DNA of 61,197 bases, filler included, from 4 parts of 4 records of this genome joined end to end with filler, not necessarily neighbours in it, one strand, 5' to 3'. Shown: positions 30,111 through 40,203, counted from the first letter of the whole stretch. Numbers and translations are program-made. The notes: generated by a model from the letters alone, not told the origin.

Positions 30111-31295
30111 TTAGTCGTTGTCGTACTGCGCTTCTTCGGTGGTCGCTTTCATGATCGCTTCCACGCGGCGGTTCTGAGCGCGGCCGTCGCGAGTGCTGTT
30201 ATCAGCAATCGGCTTGGCTTCGCCGTAACCTTCGGTGGTGATCCGGCTCTCGTCGATGCCGAACTCTTCAACCATGACACGCTTCACCGCATCCGCACGC
30301 TTCTCGGAAAGCTGCTTGTTGTAAGCAGCGGAACCGGTGCTGTCGGTGTGGCCTTCAAGCACCAGGTCAGCGGACGGGTACTGGTACATCTGATCGCTCA
30401 GGCTTTCCAGTTCCGGGTAGGAGGTTTCACGAACTTCCGCTTTGTCGAGACCAAACTCAACATACAGGGTTTCGCGCACGTCCTTGGTCAGGTATTCCTG
30501 ACAACCTTTGTCGTCAACCTTGGCGCGTGCCGGCGTATCCGGGCACTCGTCCTTGCTGTTCACGACGCCGTCGCCGTCGTCATCCAGCTCACAGCCCTGA
30601 GCGTCAACACTGGCGCCCGCGGGAGTGCCCGGACAGCGGTCGTTGGAATCCGGCACACCGTCGTTGTCGCTGTCGGTGGCGGTTTCGGTAACCGGCTCGG
30701 GTTCCGGCTCGTCGTCATACTGCGCGCCGACCAGAACGTTCAGGGCGGCGTAGACCTGGCCGTCCCAGCGCTCGGAGCGGAAGCTGTAGGTCGGCCGTGC
30801 GCCGACGTCGATCAGGAAGTTGTCGGCGAGAGCGGTTTGTACACCGAACTCGATGCCGCCGGTGGTTTCCTTGAAATCATCGTCGCTTTCGGTGTTGAAC
30901 TCGGTGCGGGTTTCACCGGCGCCGAGACCGACATAGCTTTCGATCGGGCCGTCGCCGTTAAAGTGACGACGCAGGCTGGCGAAATTGTTCCGCAGGTACA
31001 CTTCACCGTCGCTGGTGGACATGTTGTTGCGATCGTACCAGGCCTGTACGGACCAGTTTTCGCTGAAGCGATAACCGATCTGGGCGCCGGGCATGGTGAC
31101 GGTGTCGTTTTCGAAAGCGTTGTCGGCAAGGTAGCCGTCGCCTTCGTAGTGATCACCGATATCCAGCCAGCTTTGGCCGATGTGACCACCCAGGTAGAAA
31201 TACCGATCCGGAATGGTGTCCTCGGCAACGGCCGTAGTGGCAACGGCTAACGATGCGCAAGCAATACTGGATGCGAGAAAGCGTTTGGCGTCCAT
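30111..31295 (-). CDS. OmpA/OprF-family outer membrane protein with TSP3-like Ca-binding repeats
   Basis: Signal peptide, beta-barrel, EPEPEP hinge, DSDNDGVPDSNDRCP/DDDGDGVVNSKDECP, GHTDSTG..YNKQLSEKRA, NRRVE. Confidence 0.95.
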   Translation of the reverse strand: MDAKRFLASSIACASLAVATTAVAEDTIPDRYFYLGGHIGQSWLDIGDHYEGDGYLADNAFENDTVTMPGAQIGYRFSENWSVQAWYDRNNMSTSDGEVYLRNNFASLRRHFNGDGPIESYVGLGAGETRTEFNTESDDDFKETTGGIEFGVQTALADNFLIDVGARPTYSFRSERWDGQVYAALNVLVGAQYDDEPEPEPVTETATDSDNDGVPDSNDRCPGTPAGASVDAQGCELDDDGDGVVNSKDECPDTPARAKVDDKGCQEYLTKDVRETLYVEFGLDKAEVRETSYPELESLSDQMYQYPSADLVLEGHTDSTGSAAYNKQLSEKRADAVKRVMVEEFGIDESRITTEGYGEAKPIADNSTRDGRAQNRRVEAIMKATTEEAQYDND

Positions 31296-31482
31296 AGCTC
31301 CTTCCTTGTTTTTTAGTAGGCAGAAATTCAGCATCTGCAGTTTTGCTCCCTGAGACTTAACTGTAAATGCCAGTAAGGAGTTTAATAAACAAATTTACAA
31401 AGGAGCGGCAAGAAAGGTGTGAAAAAGAATAATTTTTGTAAAAACTAGGTTTTTATTGTGAGTGGGGTGTGATGATTAAGTG

Positions 31483-32250
31483 TTAAGCGTGGCGGTCGGA
31501 GTGACGATGCTCGTTACGGCTTTGATACAAAGCGTAATCGGCCTCATTGAGAAGCGCGTTCAGCCGGCGCCCGCTGTTCTCGGTGCTGGCCGCGCCGATG
31601 CGGATTTCAAAACCCGCCAGGCCTTCGTCGGTCTGCACCTGAATGCTGGCGGTGAGCGAACGCAACCCTTCCGCCATGTGCAAGGCGTCGTTGAAATCGG
31701 TATGCGGTAATACCAGTAAAAACTGCGCGCCGTCGATACGGCCGAACAAATCGCTCTCACGGATTTTATCGCGAATGCGTTCAGAAAAAATCCGTAATAA
31801 CCGGTCGCCGGTGTGACGTCCGTACCGATCGGCGATATCCACGAAGTCGACGATGTCCACCAATAAAATCGATACCGGATGATCGTGGCGCTGGCTGAGC
31901 GACAATTCCCGCTCAAGCATGCTCATAAGATGGGGGCGGTTGAACAAACCGGTGAGATGGTCTTCGCGGGCCTGCTGACGCAGCTTCCGGTTGTCGCGGG
32001 TCACCGCCGCCAGTTTCGCCAGCAGCGGATAGCACAAAGGCGGAACCAGCAGCAGGGGAATCAGCAGCGCCAGCGACAGCGCCGCCAGCCAATCCCGCTG
32101 GCCGGTGAGCAGCACGCCGACGGTGGTGATCAACAGGGAAGCCACCAGGCTGATCACGGTGAACACGGCGGTCAGGCGCAAGGCGAAAAAGCGGTCGGAA
32201 TTGAGAACCGGTGTGTAGTGGCTGAAGCGACCTTCCGGTGCACTGGCCAT
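31483..32250 (-). CDS. membrane-anchored degenerate GGDEF-domain protein
   Basis: Two TM helices, DHLTGLFNR, RESD I-site; active site reads DGAQF. Confidence 0.88.
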   Translation of the reverse strand: MASAPEGRFSHYTPVLNSDRFFALRLTAVFTVISLVASLLITTVGVLLTGQRDWLAALSLALLIPLLLVPPLCYPLLAKLAAVTRDNRKLRQQAREDHLTGLFNRPHLMSMLERELSLSQRHDHPVSILLVDIVDFVDIADRYGRHTGDRLLRIFSERIRDKIRESDLFGRIDGAQFLLVLPHTDFNDALHMAEGLRSLTASIQVQTDEGLAGFEIRIGAASTENSGRRLNALLNEADYALYQSRNEHRHSDRHA

Positions 32251-32323
32251 TAACGCCCCCCACGGCTGCGGTTAAAGGGGGAAGTATCCGGTCTGGCGGG
32301 CGAGGGTGCAAGGCCTCGCGGGG

Positions 32324-32854
32324 TCACTGCTCCACGGAGAGCAGCTCTTCCTTGAGATTGTCGGAGTACGGATCGTCTCCGAACCAGATCGAGAAGTAGG
32401 CCTGGGCGAAATCCTCGCCCTGTTCCTCAGCCAGCTTCTCGCCGTTGAGGCGCAGCACCATGGACTGGTCTTCATCGTAGTCCAGCGTGTAGCGGTCGCC
32501 GTCGCGGGTGGTCCGGTAGTGGCTGTTAAAGGCGTCGATGCGCTCTTTCAACGCTTCGAAGGTGTCTTCGCCGACGTTGCGCTCAATCATCTTGCGCGCC
32601 GCCTTGGCGAAGGCGTCGCCGGGCACCTCCCGATTGTAGCCGAAGGCCAGACGCATGGGCGGCGCCAGCGGATCGGCGGCGCCGCAGTCGGCGCGGAACA
32701 GCGACGCCTGGCCGACGTTGAACACTTTAAGCGCCTTGACGTCGGCGCTGGAGCAGCGCGACATGTCTTCGAAGTCAGCGGCATGGGCGCCGCTTCCCAG
32801 CGCCATGGAAACCAACAAAGCAAGCGGCAGTGTCAGGGATGCTCGCGCAGCCAT
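32324..32854 (-). CDS. chalcone isomerase-like exported protein
   Basis: Signal peptide; C-terminal GDRYTLDY...FAQAYFSIWFGDDPYSDNLKEELL. Confidence 0.85.
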   Translation of the reverse strand: MAARASLTLPLALLVSMALGSGAHAADFEDMSRCSSADVKALKVFNVGQASLFRADCGAADPLAPPMRLAFGYNREVPGDAFAKAARKMIERNVGEDTFEALKERIDAFNSHYRTTRDGDRYTLDYDEDQSMVLRLNGEKLAEEQGEDFAQAYFSIWFGDDPYSDNLKEELLSVEQ

Positions 32855-33396
32855 CGGCTGAATCCTCCTAGAATGGGAAGTTGCTGGTCCAGGCCCTGGC
32901 TGCTGTCCCAGAAGTCCTGGTGAAAAATCACTTTGCCCTGGTCATCGAAACGAAGATGGGAGACCCCGATGGTGCGAACGTCCCGTTCGCTGCCGAGGAT
33001 GCTGAAACGGGTCTCCATGAACCACAGCAGAAAGAAGTCTTCACCGTCTTGCCAGCGGTTCTGGATATCCAGGCTCATGTAATCAAGCCGCTCGGCGGTT
33101 TTCAGTAAGTGGGCCTTGAGCTGGTCGCGTCGGTAGACGGTGGACAAGGTATCGTTGAAGTAGATGTCCTCGGCGTAGACGTCCTCGATGTGGTTCTCGA
33201 TATGGTCCGCGTCGATCGGCGAGTACAGCGCCACGAAGCGATCCACGGCCTGATCCGACACCCGGGTGCTGCCGGGCCGTTCGCGCACTGCCTGTTCATA
33301 GAGGTGGGCATAACCGGAGGGACCGTCCGCGCGGCTGGCGCAGCCGGTGACGGCGAACAGTAACAGGGCGATGAGCGGTAGCGGATTCGATTTCAT
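32833..33396 (-). CDS. SnoaL/NTF2-like lipoprotein
   Basis: Lipobox VTGC, VYAEDIYFNDTL, GVSHLRFD..GKVIFHQDFWD. Confidence 0.85.
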   Translation of the reverse strand: MKSNPLPLIALLLFAVTGCASRADGPSGYAHLYEQAVRERPGSTRVSDQAVDRFVALYSPIDADHIENHIEDVYAEDIYFNDTLSTVYRRDQLKAHLLKTAERLDYMSLDIQNRWQDGEDFFLLWFMETRFSILGSERDVRTIGVSHLRFDDQGKVIFHQDFWDSSQGLDQQLPILGGFSRWLREHP

Positions 33397-33479
33397 GACG
33401 CCAATGTCCGCCAGCACCGGTGAATCGACCGTGAAGCCGGTTCACGGACCATTGACGGTGGGCGGCCCAAGCTCGCCGC

Positions 33480-34019
33480 ATGAATAAATCATTCGCCGCC
33501 CTGGCGATCAACTTCGTGGGTTTTCAACTGCTCTGGTTCGTCGCCGTTTACGGTGGCGCCCATGGGTGGGGATGGGCTGCCTGGCTGGTACTGGTGGCGA
33601 TGCAGGCGGGCGTGTGGGCGCTCAACCGCGCCTGGCGCGCGGACCTCGCGCTGCTCGCCGCCGGCGCCGTGGCCTGTGTGCTGTTCGAGCCGTTATGGCT
33701 GGCGCCGTCGCTGCTTGAATACGCCGACTGGTCGCGACAGTGGGTGGCCCCGGACTGGATCTGGGCACTATGGCTGGGTTTCGCGGTGAGCTTCAACTAT
33801 TGCCTGGCCTGGCTGCGCCCCAAGTTGTTGCTGGCGGCGCTGTTCGGTGCCTTCGGCGGTGTATTCTCGGTAACCGTGGGAATCAACTTCGGCGCCGCCA
33901 CCACCCCGCAGGGCTGGTGGCTGCTGGCCCTGAGCTACGGCGCCGTGTGGTCGATGGTGGTGCCGGCACTGGCCTATCTGGCGCGCCGTCTCGATGAGGA
34001 ACGAGGTCGTTATGCCTGA
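33480..34019 (+). CDS. DUF2878-family membrane protein
   Basis: NFVGFQLLWF, PDWIWALWLGFAVSFNYCLAWL, GAFGG. Confidence 0.82.
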   Translation: MNKSFAALAINFVGFQLLWFVAVYGGAHGWGWAAWLVLVAMQAGVWALNRAWRADLALLAAGAVACVLFEPLWLAPSLLEYADWSRQWVAPDWIWALWLGFAVSFNYCLAWLRPKLLLAALFGAFGGVFSVTVGINFGAATTPQGWWLLALSYGAVWSMVVPALAYLARRLDEERGRYA

Positions 34020-34785
34020 AATTCTGATTTTCAGTCTGGTTCTGCTGGTGATGGTGTTCACCCTGGCCTGGGCGGTCCAGTGGACCAACGGTAATGCCGG
34101 CTACGTGGATGTGGCCTGGAGCTTCAGTACCGGGCTCACCGGCCTGGCCTACTTGCTGGCCGGCGGCGGCGACCCCTTGCCGCGCCTGGCGGCCGGCGCC
34201 CTATTGCTGCTCTGGTCGGTGCGGCTGGGCAGCCATATTTTCCGTCGCGTCACCGGCGAGGGCAGCGAGGACGGCCGCTACGCCGCCATGCGCCAACGGT
34301 TGGGCAAAGCCACTCAGCCGGTGTTCCTGGTGGTGTTCTGGCTGCAGGCCGGCCTGGCCTGGGCGTTCTCCCTGCCGTTCTGGGTGATCGGCGGCCAGCC
34401 GGACTTCCGGCCGCCGCTGGTGGTGCTGGGCGTGATCATCGGTGTGGTGTCGATCGTCGGCGAGGCGATGGCGGACCGGCAGCTGGCCCGCTTCAAGGCG
34501 CGGCCGGACAGCAAGGGCAAGACCTGCCGGGAAGGTCTGTGGCGCTATTCCCGGCACCCCAACTATTTCTTCGAATGGCTGCACTGGTTCAGCTACCCGT
34601 TGATCGCCGTGGGTGCCGCCCTGGCCGGCTGGCTGTGGCTGTTGCCGGTGGCCATGTTCCTGTTCCTGTGGTTCGTCACCGGTATCCCGCATACCGAGAA
34701 ACAGGCCCTTAAATCCCGTGGTGACGATTACCGCGAGTATCAGCGCACCACCAGCCCCTTTATTCCCTGGAGACCCGCTTCATGA
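34012..34785 (+). CDS. DUF1295-family (steroid 5-alpha-reductase-like) membrane protein
   Basis: NAGYVDVAW, EDGRY, GLWRYSRHPNYFFEWLHW, YREYQRTTSPFIPW. Confidence 0.92.
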   Translation: MPEILIFSLVLLVMVFTLAWAVQWTNGNAGYVDVAWSFSTGLTGLAYLLAGGGDPLPRLAAGALLLLWSVRLGSHIFRRVTGEGSEDGRYAAMRQRLGKATQPVFLVVFWLQAGLAWAFSLPFWVIGGQPDFRPPLVVLGVIIGVVSIVGEAMADRQLARFKARPDSKGKTCREGLWRYSRHPNYFFEWLHWFSYPLIAVGAALAGWLWLLPVAMFLFLWFVTGIPHTEKQALKSRGDDYREYQRTTSPFIPWRPAS

Positions 34786-35795
34786 TCATTCGCCTGGCGG
34801 AGTCCGGCCTGGTTCCGGATTTCCTGGTACGCGGCGGCATTCGCCATCTGTTGGGTAAACGTCTTGCCCAGGAGAAGCAGCACGAGACCGACCCGGAGGC
34901 GTTGCTGCGCACGCTCTCCCAGGGCCCCATCGCGGTGGCCCAGGACGAGGCCAATGAACAGCACTACGAAGTGGATTCGCGCTTTTACGAGCAGGCGCTG
35001 GGCCCGCATCTGAAGTATTCCAGTGGCCTCTGGCAGGCCGGCTGCGAGACCCTGGCGGACGCCGAGGCGGCGATGCTGGCCCTGAGCTGCGAGCGCGCCC
35101 AGCTGGCCGACGGCCAGGATATTCTTGAGCTCGGCTGTGGCTGGGGGTCGCTGACCCTGTGGATGGGCGCCCGCTACCCGGGCAGCCGCATCACCGCGGT
35201 GAGCAACTCCGCCACCCAGAAAGAATGGATCATGGCCCGCGCCGCCGAGCGCGGGCTCGACAATGTGCGCGTGATCACCGCAGACGTCACCGTGTTCCAG
35301 CCGGAACAGACCTTCGATCGGGTGGTGTCGGTGGAGATGTTCGAGCACATGCGCAACCACCGTGAGCTGATGCGGCGCGTGCACGACTGGCTCAAGCCCG
35401 GCGGCAAGCTGTTCGTGCATATTTTCTGCCATCGCAATCTGACCTATCTGTTCGAAACCGAAGGCGAAAGCAACTGGATGGGCCGCTACTTTTTCACCGG
35501 CGGCATGATGCCGTCGTACGACTGGCTGCCGCGCTGCGCGGACCGGCTGTCGCTGGAGGATCGCTGGGCGGTGAACGGCACCCATTACGGCAAAACCCTG
35601 GAAGCCTGGCTGGCACTGGCGGACCGCAAACGGCAAACGCTGATCCCGCTACTGGAAGAGTGCTACGGCGCCGGGCAGGGTAAATTGTGGCTGCAACGCT
35701 GGCGGATGTTTTTCATGGCCTGCGCCGAACTGTTCAATTATGGTGATGGCGAAGAGTGGTTCGTGGGCCACTATCTGTTCCGCCGAGAAGAATGA
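34782..35795 (+). CDS. SAM-dependent methyltransferase, cyclopropane-fatty-acid synthase-like family
   Basis: ANEQHYE, LGPHLKYSS, ILELGCGWGS, VSVEMFEHMRN, FFTGGMMPS, RWRMFFMAC. Confidence 0.93.
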   Translation: MIIRLAESGLVPDFLVRGGIRHLLGKRLAQEKQHETDPEALLRTLSQGPIAVAQDEANEQHYEVDSRFYEQALGPHLKYSSGLWQAGCETLADAEAAMLALSCERAQLADGQDILELGCGWGSLTLWMGARYPGSRITAVSNSATQKEWIMARAAERGLDNVRVITADVTVFQPEQTFDRVVSVEMFEHMRNHRELMRRVHDWLKPGGKLFVHIFCHRNLTYLFETEGESNWMGRYFFTGGMMPSYDWLPRCADRLSLEDRWAVNGTHYGKTLEAWLALADRKRQTLIPLLEECYGAGQGKLWLQRWRMFFMACAELFNYGDGEEWFVGHYLFRREE

Positions 35796-35802
35796 GACTG
35801 GC

Positions 35803-37065
35803 ATGACGCGTAAAGGTGTTCAGCACCGCCTTACCCGGGTTTTCCTGATCCAGATTCTGTTCATCAGTTTCGCCACCGTGTTCGGGGTCTGGGCCACGGC
35901 CCAGATCATCGAACAGGTGCTGGTCAAGGAAGCCCTGATCAAAGAGGCGGACCATTACTGGAGCCTTTACGACGAGGACGACGATTTCCCCCGCCCCAAT
36001 ACCCGCCATCTGCTCGGTTTGCTGGTGGACCCGGACACCCGGGACCCGGTGCCGGAGATGCTCGCCGAGCGGCCGGACGGCTACCAACGCGCGCAGATCG
36101 GCGACCAGAACCCGATCGTCTACATCGAAACGCGCGGCGACGCCCGTCTATATCTGATCTTCGATGAAAAGCGGGTGTCGGTGCTGGCGTTCCTGTTCGG
36201 CATTCTGCCGCTGACCGCCGTGTTGCTGGTGATCTACCTGACGTCCTTCCTGGGCTGGCGCAAATCCCGCGCCCTGGTCTCCCCCCTGGTGCAGCTGTCG
36301 GAAACGCTGCGCCACGCCAATGTGCACGACCCGGTGGAAGCGCGCCCGGACTTCAGCCAGGTGGAGGCGGAGCCCAACAGCGAGGCGAGCATCCTGATGG
36401 CCGCCCTGGACGCCTACGCCGACCGCCTGCTGCGGTTCGTGGAGCGCGAGCGGCAATTCACCCGCGACGCCAGCCACGAACTGCGCACGCCGCTGGCGGT
36501 GTTCCGCGCCAACCTGGAGCTGCTCGCCAAGCAGGTGGGCGACCGGCCGGTGATCAGCCGCATGTCCGACACCGTGGACGACATGGAAGCGCTGGTGGAG
36601 ACCCTGCTGCTGCTGGCGCGCACCGAGCAGCAGCCGATTCAGGAAGAGGACCTGGTGGTCAACGACGTGGCGGTGAACCTGCTCGACCGCCTGCAGCCGC
36701 TGGCGGAGCGCAAGCAGATTCGCCTGCAGGTGAAACAGACCGCGCTGCTGACCCTGACCGCCTCGGAAACCGTGCTCAATATCGTGTTCACCAACCTGGT
36801 CCGCAACGCCATCAACTACAGCGGTTCCGGACAGGTCACCATCGTGGTGGCCGAGGACGCGGTGCACGTGGTGGACACCGGCGCCGGCATGGACAGCGAG
36901 GAACTGGCCCGCTTTCTACAGCCGTTCGAACGGGGCAACAGCAAGGAAGGCGGCCACGGCCTGGGCCTGGCCATCGTCCAGCGGCTCTGCGAGCGGTTTG
37001 ATTGGCACCTGGACGTGGCCAGCCGGCCCGGCAAGGGCACCGAGGTGCGGGTGCGGTTCCGCTAG
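35803..37065 (+). CDS. sensor histidine kinase (ColS-like)
   Basis: Two TMs, H-box FTRDASHELRTPL, NLVRNAINY, DTGAGM, GHGLGLAIV. Confidence 0.95.
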   Translation: MTRKGVQHRLTRVFLIQILFISFATVFGVWATAQIIEQVLVKEALIKEADHYWSLYDEDDDFPRPNTRHLLGLLVDPDTRDPVPEMLAERPDGYQRAQIGDQNPIVYIETRGDARLYLIFDEKRVSVLAFLFGILPLTAVLLVIYLTSFLGWRKSRALVSPLVQLSETLRHANVHDPVEARPDFSQVEAEPNSEASILMAALDAYADRLLRFVERERQFTRDASHELRTPLAVFRANLELLAKQVGDRPVISRMSDTVDDMEALVETLLLLARTEQQPIQEEDLVVNDVAVNLLDRLQPLAERKQIRLQVKQTALLTLTASETVLNIVFTNLVRNAINYSGSGQVTIVVAEDAVHVVDTGAGMDSEELARFLQPFERGNSKEGGHGLGLAIVQRLCERFDWHLDVASRPGKGTEVRVRFR

Positions 37066-37068
37066 CGG

Positions 37069-37950
37069 TTAATGCACCGGCCCGCCTTCGGCGGTGAGCG
37101 GGGGCTGCATCCGGCCCTCCGAGAGCGCCAGCGGTTCCGCGTCACACCACATCAGAATCCCCTTGGCGTTGAGCGCATCGAGCAGCCTGTCGCGCACCTG
37201 GTCGGCGCAGCTGGGTGTGTTTTCCGGCAGCAGAATGGCGAACTGGTCACTGCCCAGATAGGCGGCCATATCCTGGTGGCGAATCAGCGCCGCCAGGGAA
37301 TCGGCAACCAGTTGCCGTTGCTCATCGTCGAGACGGGTGCCATGCACTTTCAGGACCATGGAGCTGAGGCCGTAAGCCTGGCCGCGCCGCCGTTCGCCGT
37401 CCAGGATGCGAAGCCAGCCGGCCTCGTCCAGCAGGCCTGTTTCCGGATCGCGGCTCTCTTCTTCGAAGAACTCGGTGACCCGCTGCTGATCGAGCCCGGC
37501 CAGATTCCACACCAGGGCGGATTCCAGCAGGCGGGCTTGGCGTTTCAAGGCGGCCTGGACGTTCTCGTGGTCCAGATCGGGCCGTGGCTCGGGATCAAGC
37601 GCGCACAGAGTGCCGAACAGCGCTCCAGTATGGTCGCGCAGCGGCATCCCTACATACGCCCGTATCGAAAGTTGATCGGTGATAGGCGCATCGCGGTAGG
37701 CTTGTTGCCGGGTGACGTCCGAGCACGCCGGCGGTCCGAGCTCGTTTACTCGGCGATGGCAGATGCTGTCATGCCAGGCCAGCATGTCCCCGCGGCTCAG
37801 GTCGTACCCTTCGCCGCAGACGTTCAGTAATAACCAGTCCTCCCCACGGCGGCGGGTCAGAAACCACATCGCCATGCCGAACCGGGACTGCAGATCGAGC
37901 AGCTTGGTATCGACGAATTCCGTGAAAGAGTGTCTTTTCCCCCAAGGCAT
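37069..37950 (-). CDS. GAF plus degenerate GGDEF protein
   Basis: GAF (IRAYVGMPL...LFGTLCALDPEP), DPETGLL, RHQD I-site; active site reads GSDQF; start probably ATG 37950. Confidence 0.85.
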   Translation of the reverse strand: MPWGKRHSFTEFVDTKLLDLQSRFGMAMWFLTRRRGEDWLLLNVCGEGYDLSRGDMLAWHDSICHRRVNELGPPACSDVTRQQAYRDAPITDQLSIRAYVGMPLRDHTGALFGTLCALDPEPRPDLDHENVQAALKRQARLLESALVWNLAGLDQQRVTEFFEEESRDPETGLLDEAGWLRILDGERRRGQAYGLSSMVLKVHGTRLDDEQRQLVADSLAALIRHQDMAAYLGSDQFAILLPENTPSCADQVRDRLLDALNAKGILMWCDAEPLALSEGRMQPPLTAEGGPVH

Positions 37951-38029
37951 AGTTCTTATCGCATAGCACGTGAATGGCGCCGCCATTCTGTGCCTGAGAT
38001 GCCAGGTCCGCAAGGGGGGCGGACTGACA

Positions 38030-38722
38030 TCACACGGTGCGTGGCGGGCGGATGCTGAACCCCACGCCCGGCAGGGTTTCCAGAAGCGCGTGCTCGAACG
38101 GCTTGTCCACCGCCTTGCGCAGGTTGTAAAGGTGGCTGCGCAACGCGTCCGAATCGGGCACCAGGTCGCCCCAGAGCTCGTGCTCAAGCTGCTCGCGGCT
38201 GACCACCTTGGGGGATTCGCGCATCAGGATACGCAGAATGCGGAAGGCGGTGGGGGACAGCTTGAGAAGCTGCCCTTCGCGGCGCACTTCCTGACGGGCC
38301 GGATCCAGCTGCAGATCCGCCACCGTCAGCAGGTTGGGCGCCACTTCGCGGCGTTCGCGGCGCACCAGCGCCTGCACGCGGGCCACCAGCTCGGGCAGCG
38401 CGAAGGGTTTGACGATGTAGTCGTCACCGCCGCGGGCAAAGCCTTCCAGCTTGTCGTCCAGCTGGTCCCGGGCGGTCATGAAGATCACCGGGGTGTCCAG
38501 GGCCAGTTCCTTGCGCAGATACTGACAGAAACTGTAGCCGTCCTCCCCGGGCAGCATCACGTCCAGCACCAGGATGTCATAGTGATGCTCCTGGACCAGC
38601 GTGCGGGCCAGGGTGGTGTCGCTGGCGTAGTCCACCAGCGCGCCTTCCTGTTCCAGAAATTCGACCACGGTCTGCGCCAGTTGGCGGTGGTCTTCGACCA
38701 GTAAAACGGACAGATTTTTCAC
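38030..38722 (-). CDS. OmpR-family response regulator (ColR-like)
   Basis: LLVED, LDVMLPG, TARDQLDDK, DDYIVKPF, PDSDALRSHLYNLRKAVDKPF; GTG start after AGGAGG. Confidence 0.95.
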   Translation of the reverse strand: MKNLSVLLVEDHRQLAQTVVEFLEQEGALVDYASDTTLARTLVQEHHYDILVLDVMLPGEDGYSFCQYLRKELALDTPVIFMTARDQLDDKLEGFARGGDDYIVKPFALPELVARVQALVRRERREVAPNLLTVADLQLDPARQEVRREGQLLKLSPTAFRILRILMRESPKVVSREQLEHELWGDLVPDSDALRSHLYNLRKAVDKPFEHALLETLPGVGFSIRPPRTV

Positions 38723-38776
38723 GGCATTCCCTCCTGTACCTGCGGACATAGTCCGCCCCGAAGCGTCAAGAAGCCG

Positions 38777-40156
38777 TCAATCATCATCACGTGATCGCGC
38801 GAAGTAGGCGCGCGCCGCCTGGTTGACCCGGGGCGCCAGGCGCAGGGAGGCGACCATGGTGGGCAGCGCCATCAGCGCGTACATGCTGTCGATCACCTTG
38901 ATCACGACGCTCAGTGACCCCACCGCGCCAAGCACCACCAGCACCAGGTAAAACCACACATAGTGGTGCTGATGACGGGCGCCGATAAGAAAGCCCAGGC
39001 ATTTGCTGCCGTAGTACCAGAACGTGAACACGGTGCTCAGGCTCAGCACCCCGACCAGCACCGCCAGGATCACGCCGCTGTAATCCAGGAACAGGATATT
39101 GAAAGCGTTCACGGTGAGGGAGACGCCGTTCGTGTCGCCGTCGCTCCATGCCCCGCTGATCAGAATCACCAGGGCCGTGCAGGTGCACACGATCAGGGTG
39201 TCGATAATCGGGCCCAGCATCGCCACCATGCCTTCGCGCACCGGTTCGCGGGTGCGGGCGGCGCCGTGGGCCATGGCCTCGGTGCCGATGCCGGCCTCGT
39301 TGGAAAACGCCGCGCGCCGGATGCCGGTGATGATCACCGCGCCCAGCACGCCGCCGGCGGCGGCCTCGCCGGTGAAGGCGTCGCGCACGATCAGGGTGAG
39401 CGCCGGCCACACCTGGTCCGCGTGCAGCACCAGCACCACCGCGGTGAGCAGCATGTAACCGGCCACCATGGCCGGCACCAGAATACCGGTGACCCGGCCG
39501 ATGCGCGGCAGCTTGCCCGCCACCACCGCGAGCACCACGGCGGCCAGCAGCAGCCCGAACAGCAGGTCGAACAGGAAGTGGTCGTCGGCGCCGGTCCAGC
39601 CGGCGGGCACGGCGATCGCCTCGCGGATGATTTCGGTGAGCTGGTTGACCTGAAAAATAGGCATGGTGCCGAGCAGGCCGGCGAGCGCGAAAAAGTACGC
39701 CAGCGGCCGCCAGCGCGGGCCGAGCGCCTCGCGGATAATGTACATGGGTCCGCCCTGGAGCTGGCCCTCGCTGTCCCGGCCCCGGTACATCACCGCCAGG
39801 GTGCAGGTGTAGAACTTGGTGGCGATGCCGAGAATCGCGCTCACCCACATCCAGAAAATGGCGCCGGGGCCGCCCACCGAGATGGCCACCGCCACGCCGG
39901 CCACATTGCCCATGCCCAGGGTGCCGGACAGGGCGGTGCTGAGCGCCTGGAAATGCGACAGCGTGCCCTCGTCCTTGCTGTCCGCCGGGCGGAACAACAG
40001 CCGCACGCCGTCAGGCAGATGCCGGTACGGCAGCAGCCGGGAGTACAGCAGGAAGAACAGGCCCCCGCCGACCAGCAGGGTGACCAGTGGCGGGCCCCAC
40101 AGAAACCCCACCAGGGACCCCAGGGCGGCGTCCAGTCGTTCGAAGAAGTTATCCAT
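38777..40156 (-). CDS. alanine/glycine:cation symporter (AGCS family)
   Basis: SHFQALSTALSGTLGMGN, GGPGAIFWMW, GGPMY, FSNEAGIG, IDTLIVCTCT. Confidence 0.96.
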   Translation of the reverse strand: MDNFFERLDAALGSLVGFLWGPPLVTLLVGGGLFFLLYSRLLPYRHLPDGVRLLFRPADSKDEGTLSHFQALSTALSGTLGMGNVAGVAVAISVGGPGAIFWMWVSAILGIATKFYTCTLAVMYRGRDSEGQLQGGPMYIIREALGPRWRPLAYFFALAGLLGTMPIFQVNQLTEIIREAIAVPAGWTGADDHFLFDLLFGLLLAAVVLAVVAGKLPRIGRVTGILVPAMVAGYMLLTAVVLVLHADQVWPALTLIVRDAFTGEAAAGGVLGAVIITGIRRAAFSNEAGIGTEAMAHGAARTREPVREGMVAMLGPIIDTLIVCTCTALVILISGAWSDGDTNGVSLTVNAFNILFLDYSGVILAVLVGVLSLSTVFTFWYYGSKCLGFLIGARHQHHYVWFYLVLVVLGAVGSLSVVIKVIDSMYALMALPTMVASLRLAPRVNQAARAYFARSRDDD

Positions 40157-40203
40157 GGAGAATCAGACTAGCAGGGTCGCGGCGCTACGTCAGTCGCGGT
40201 GGG

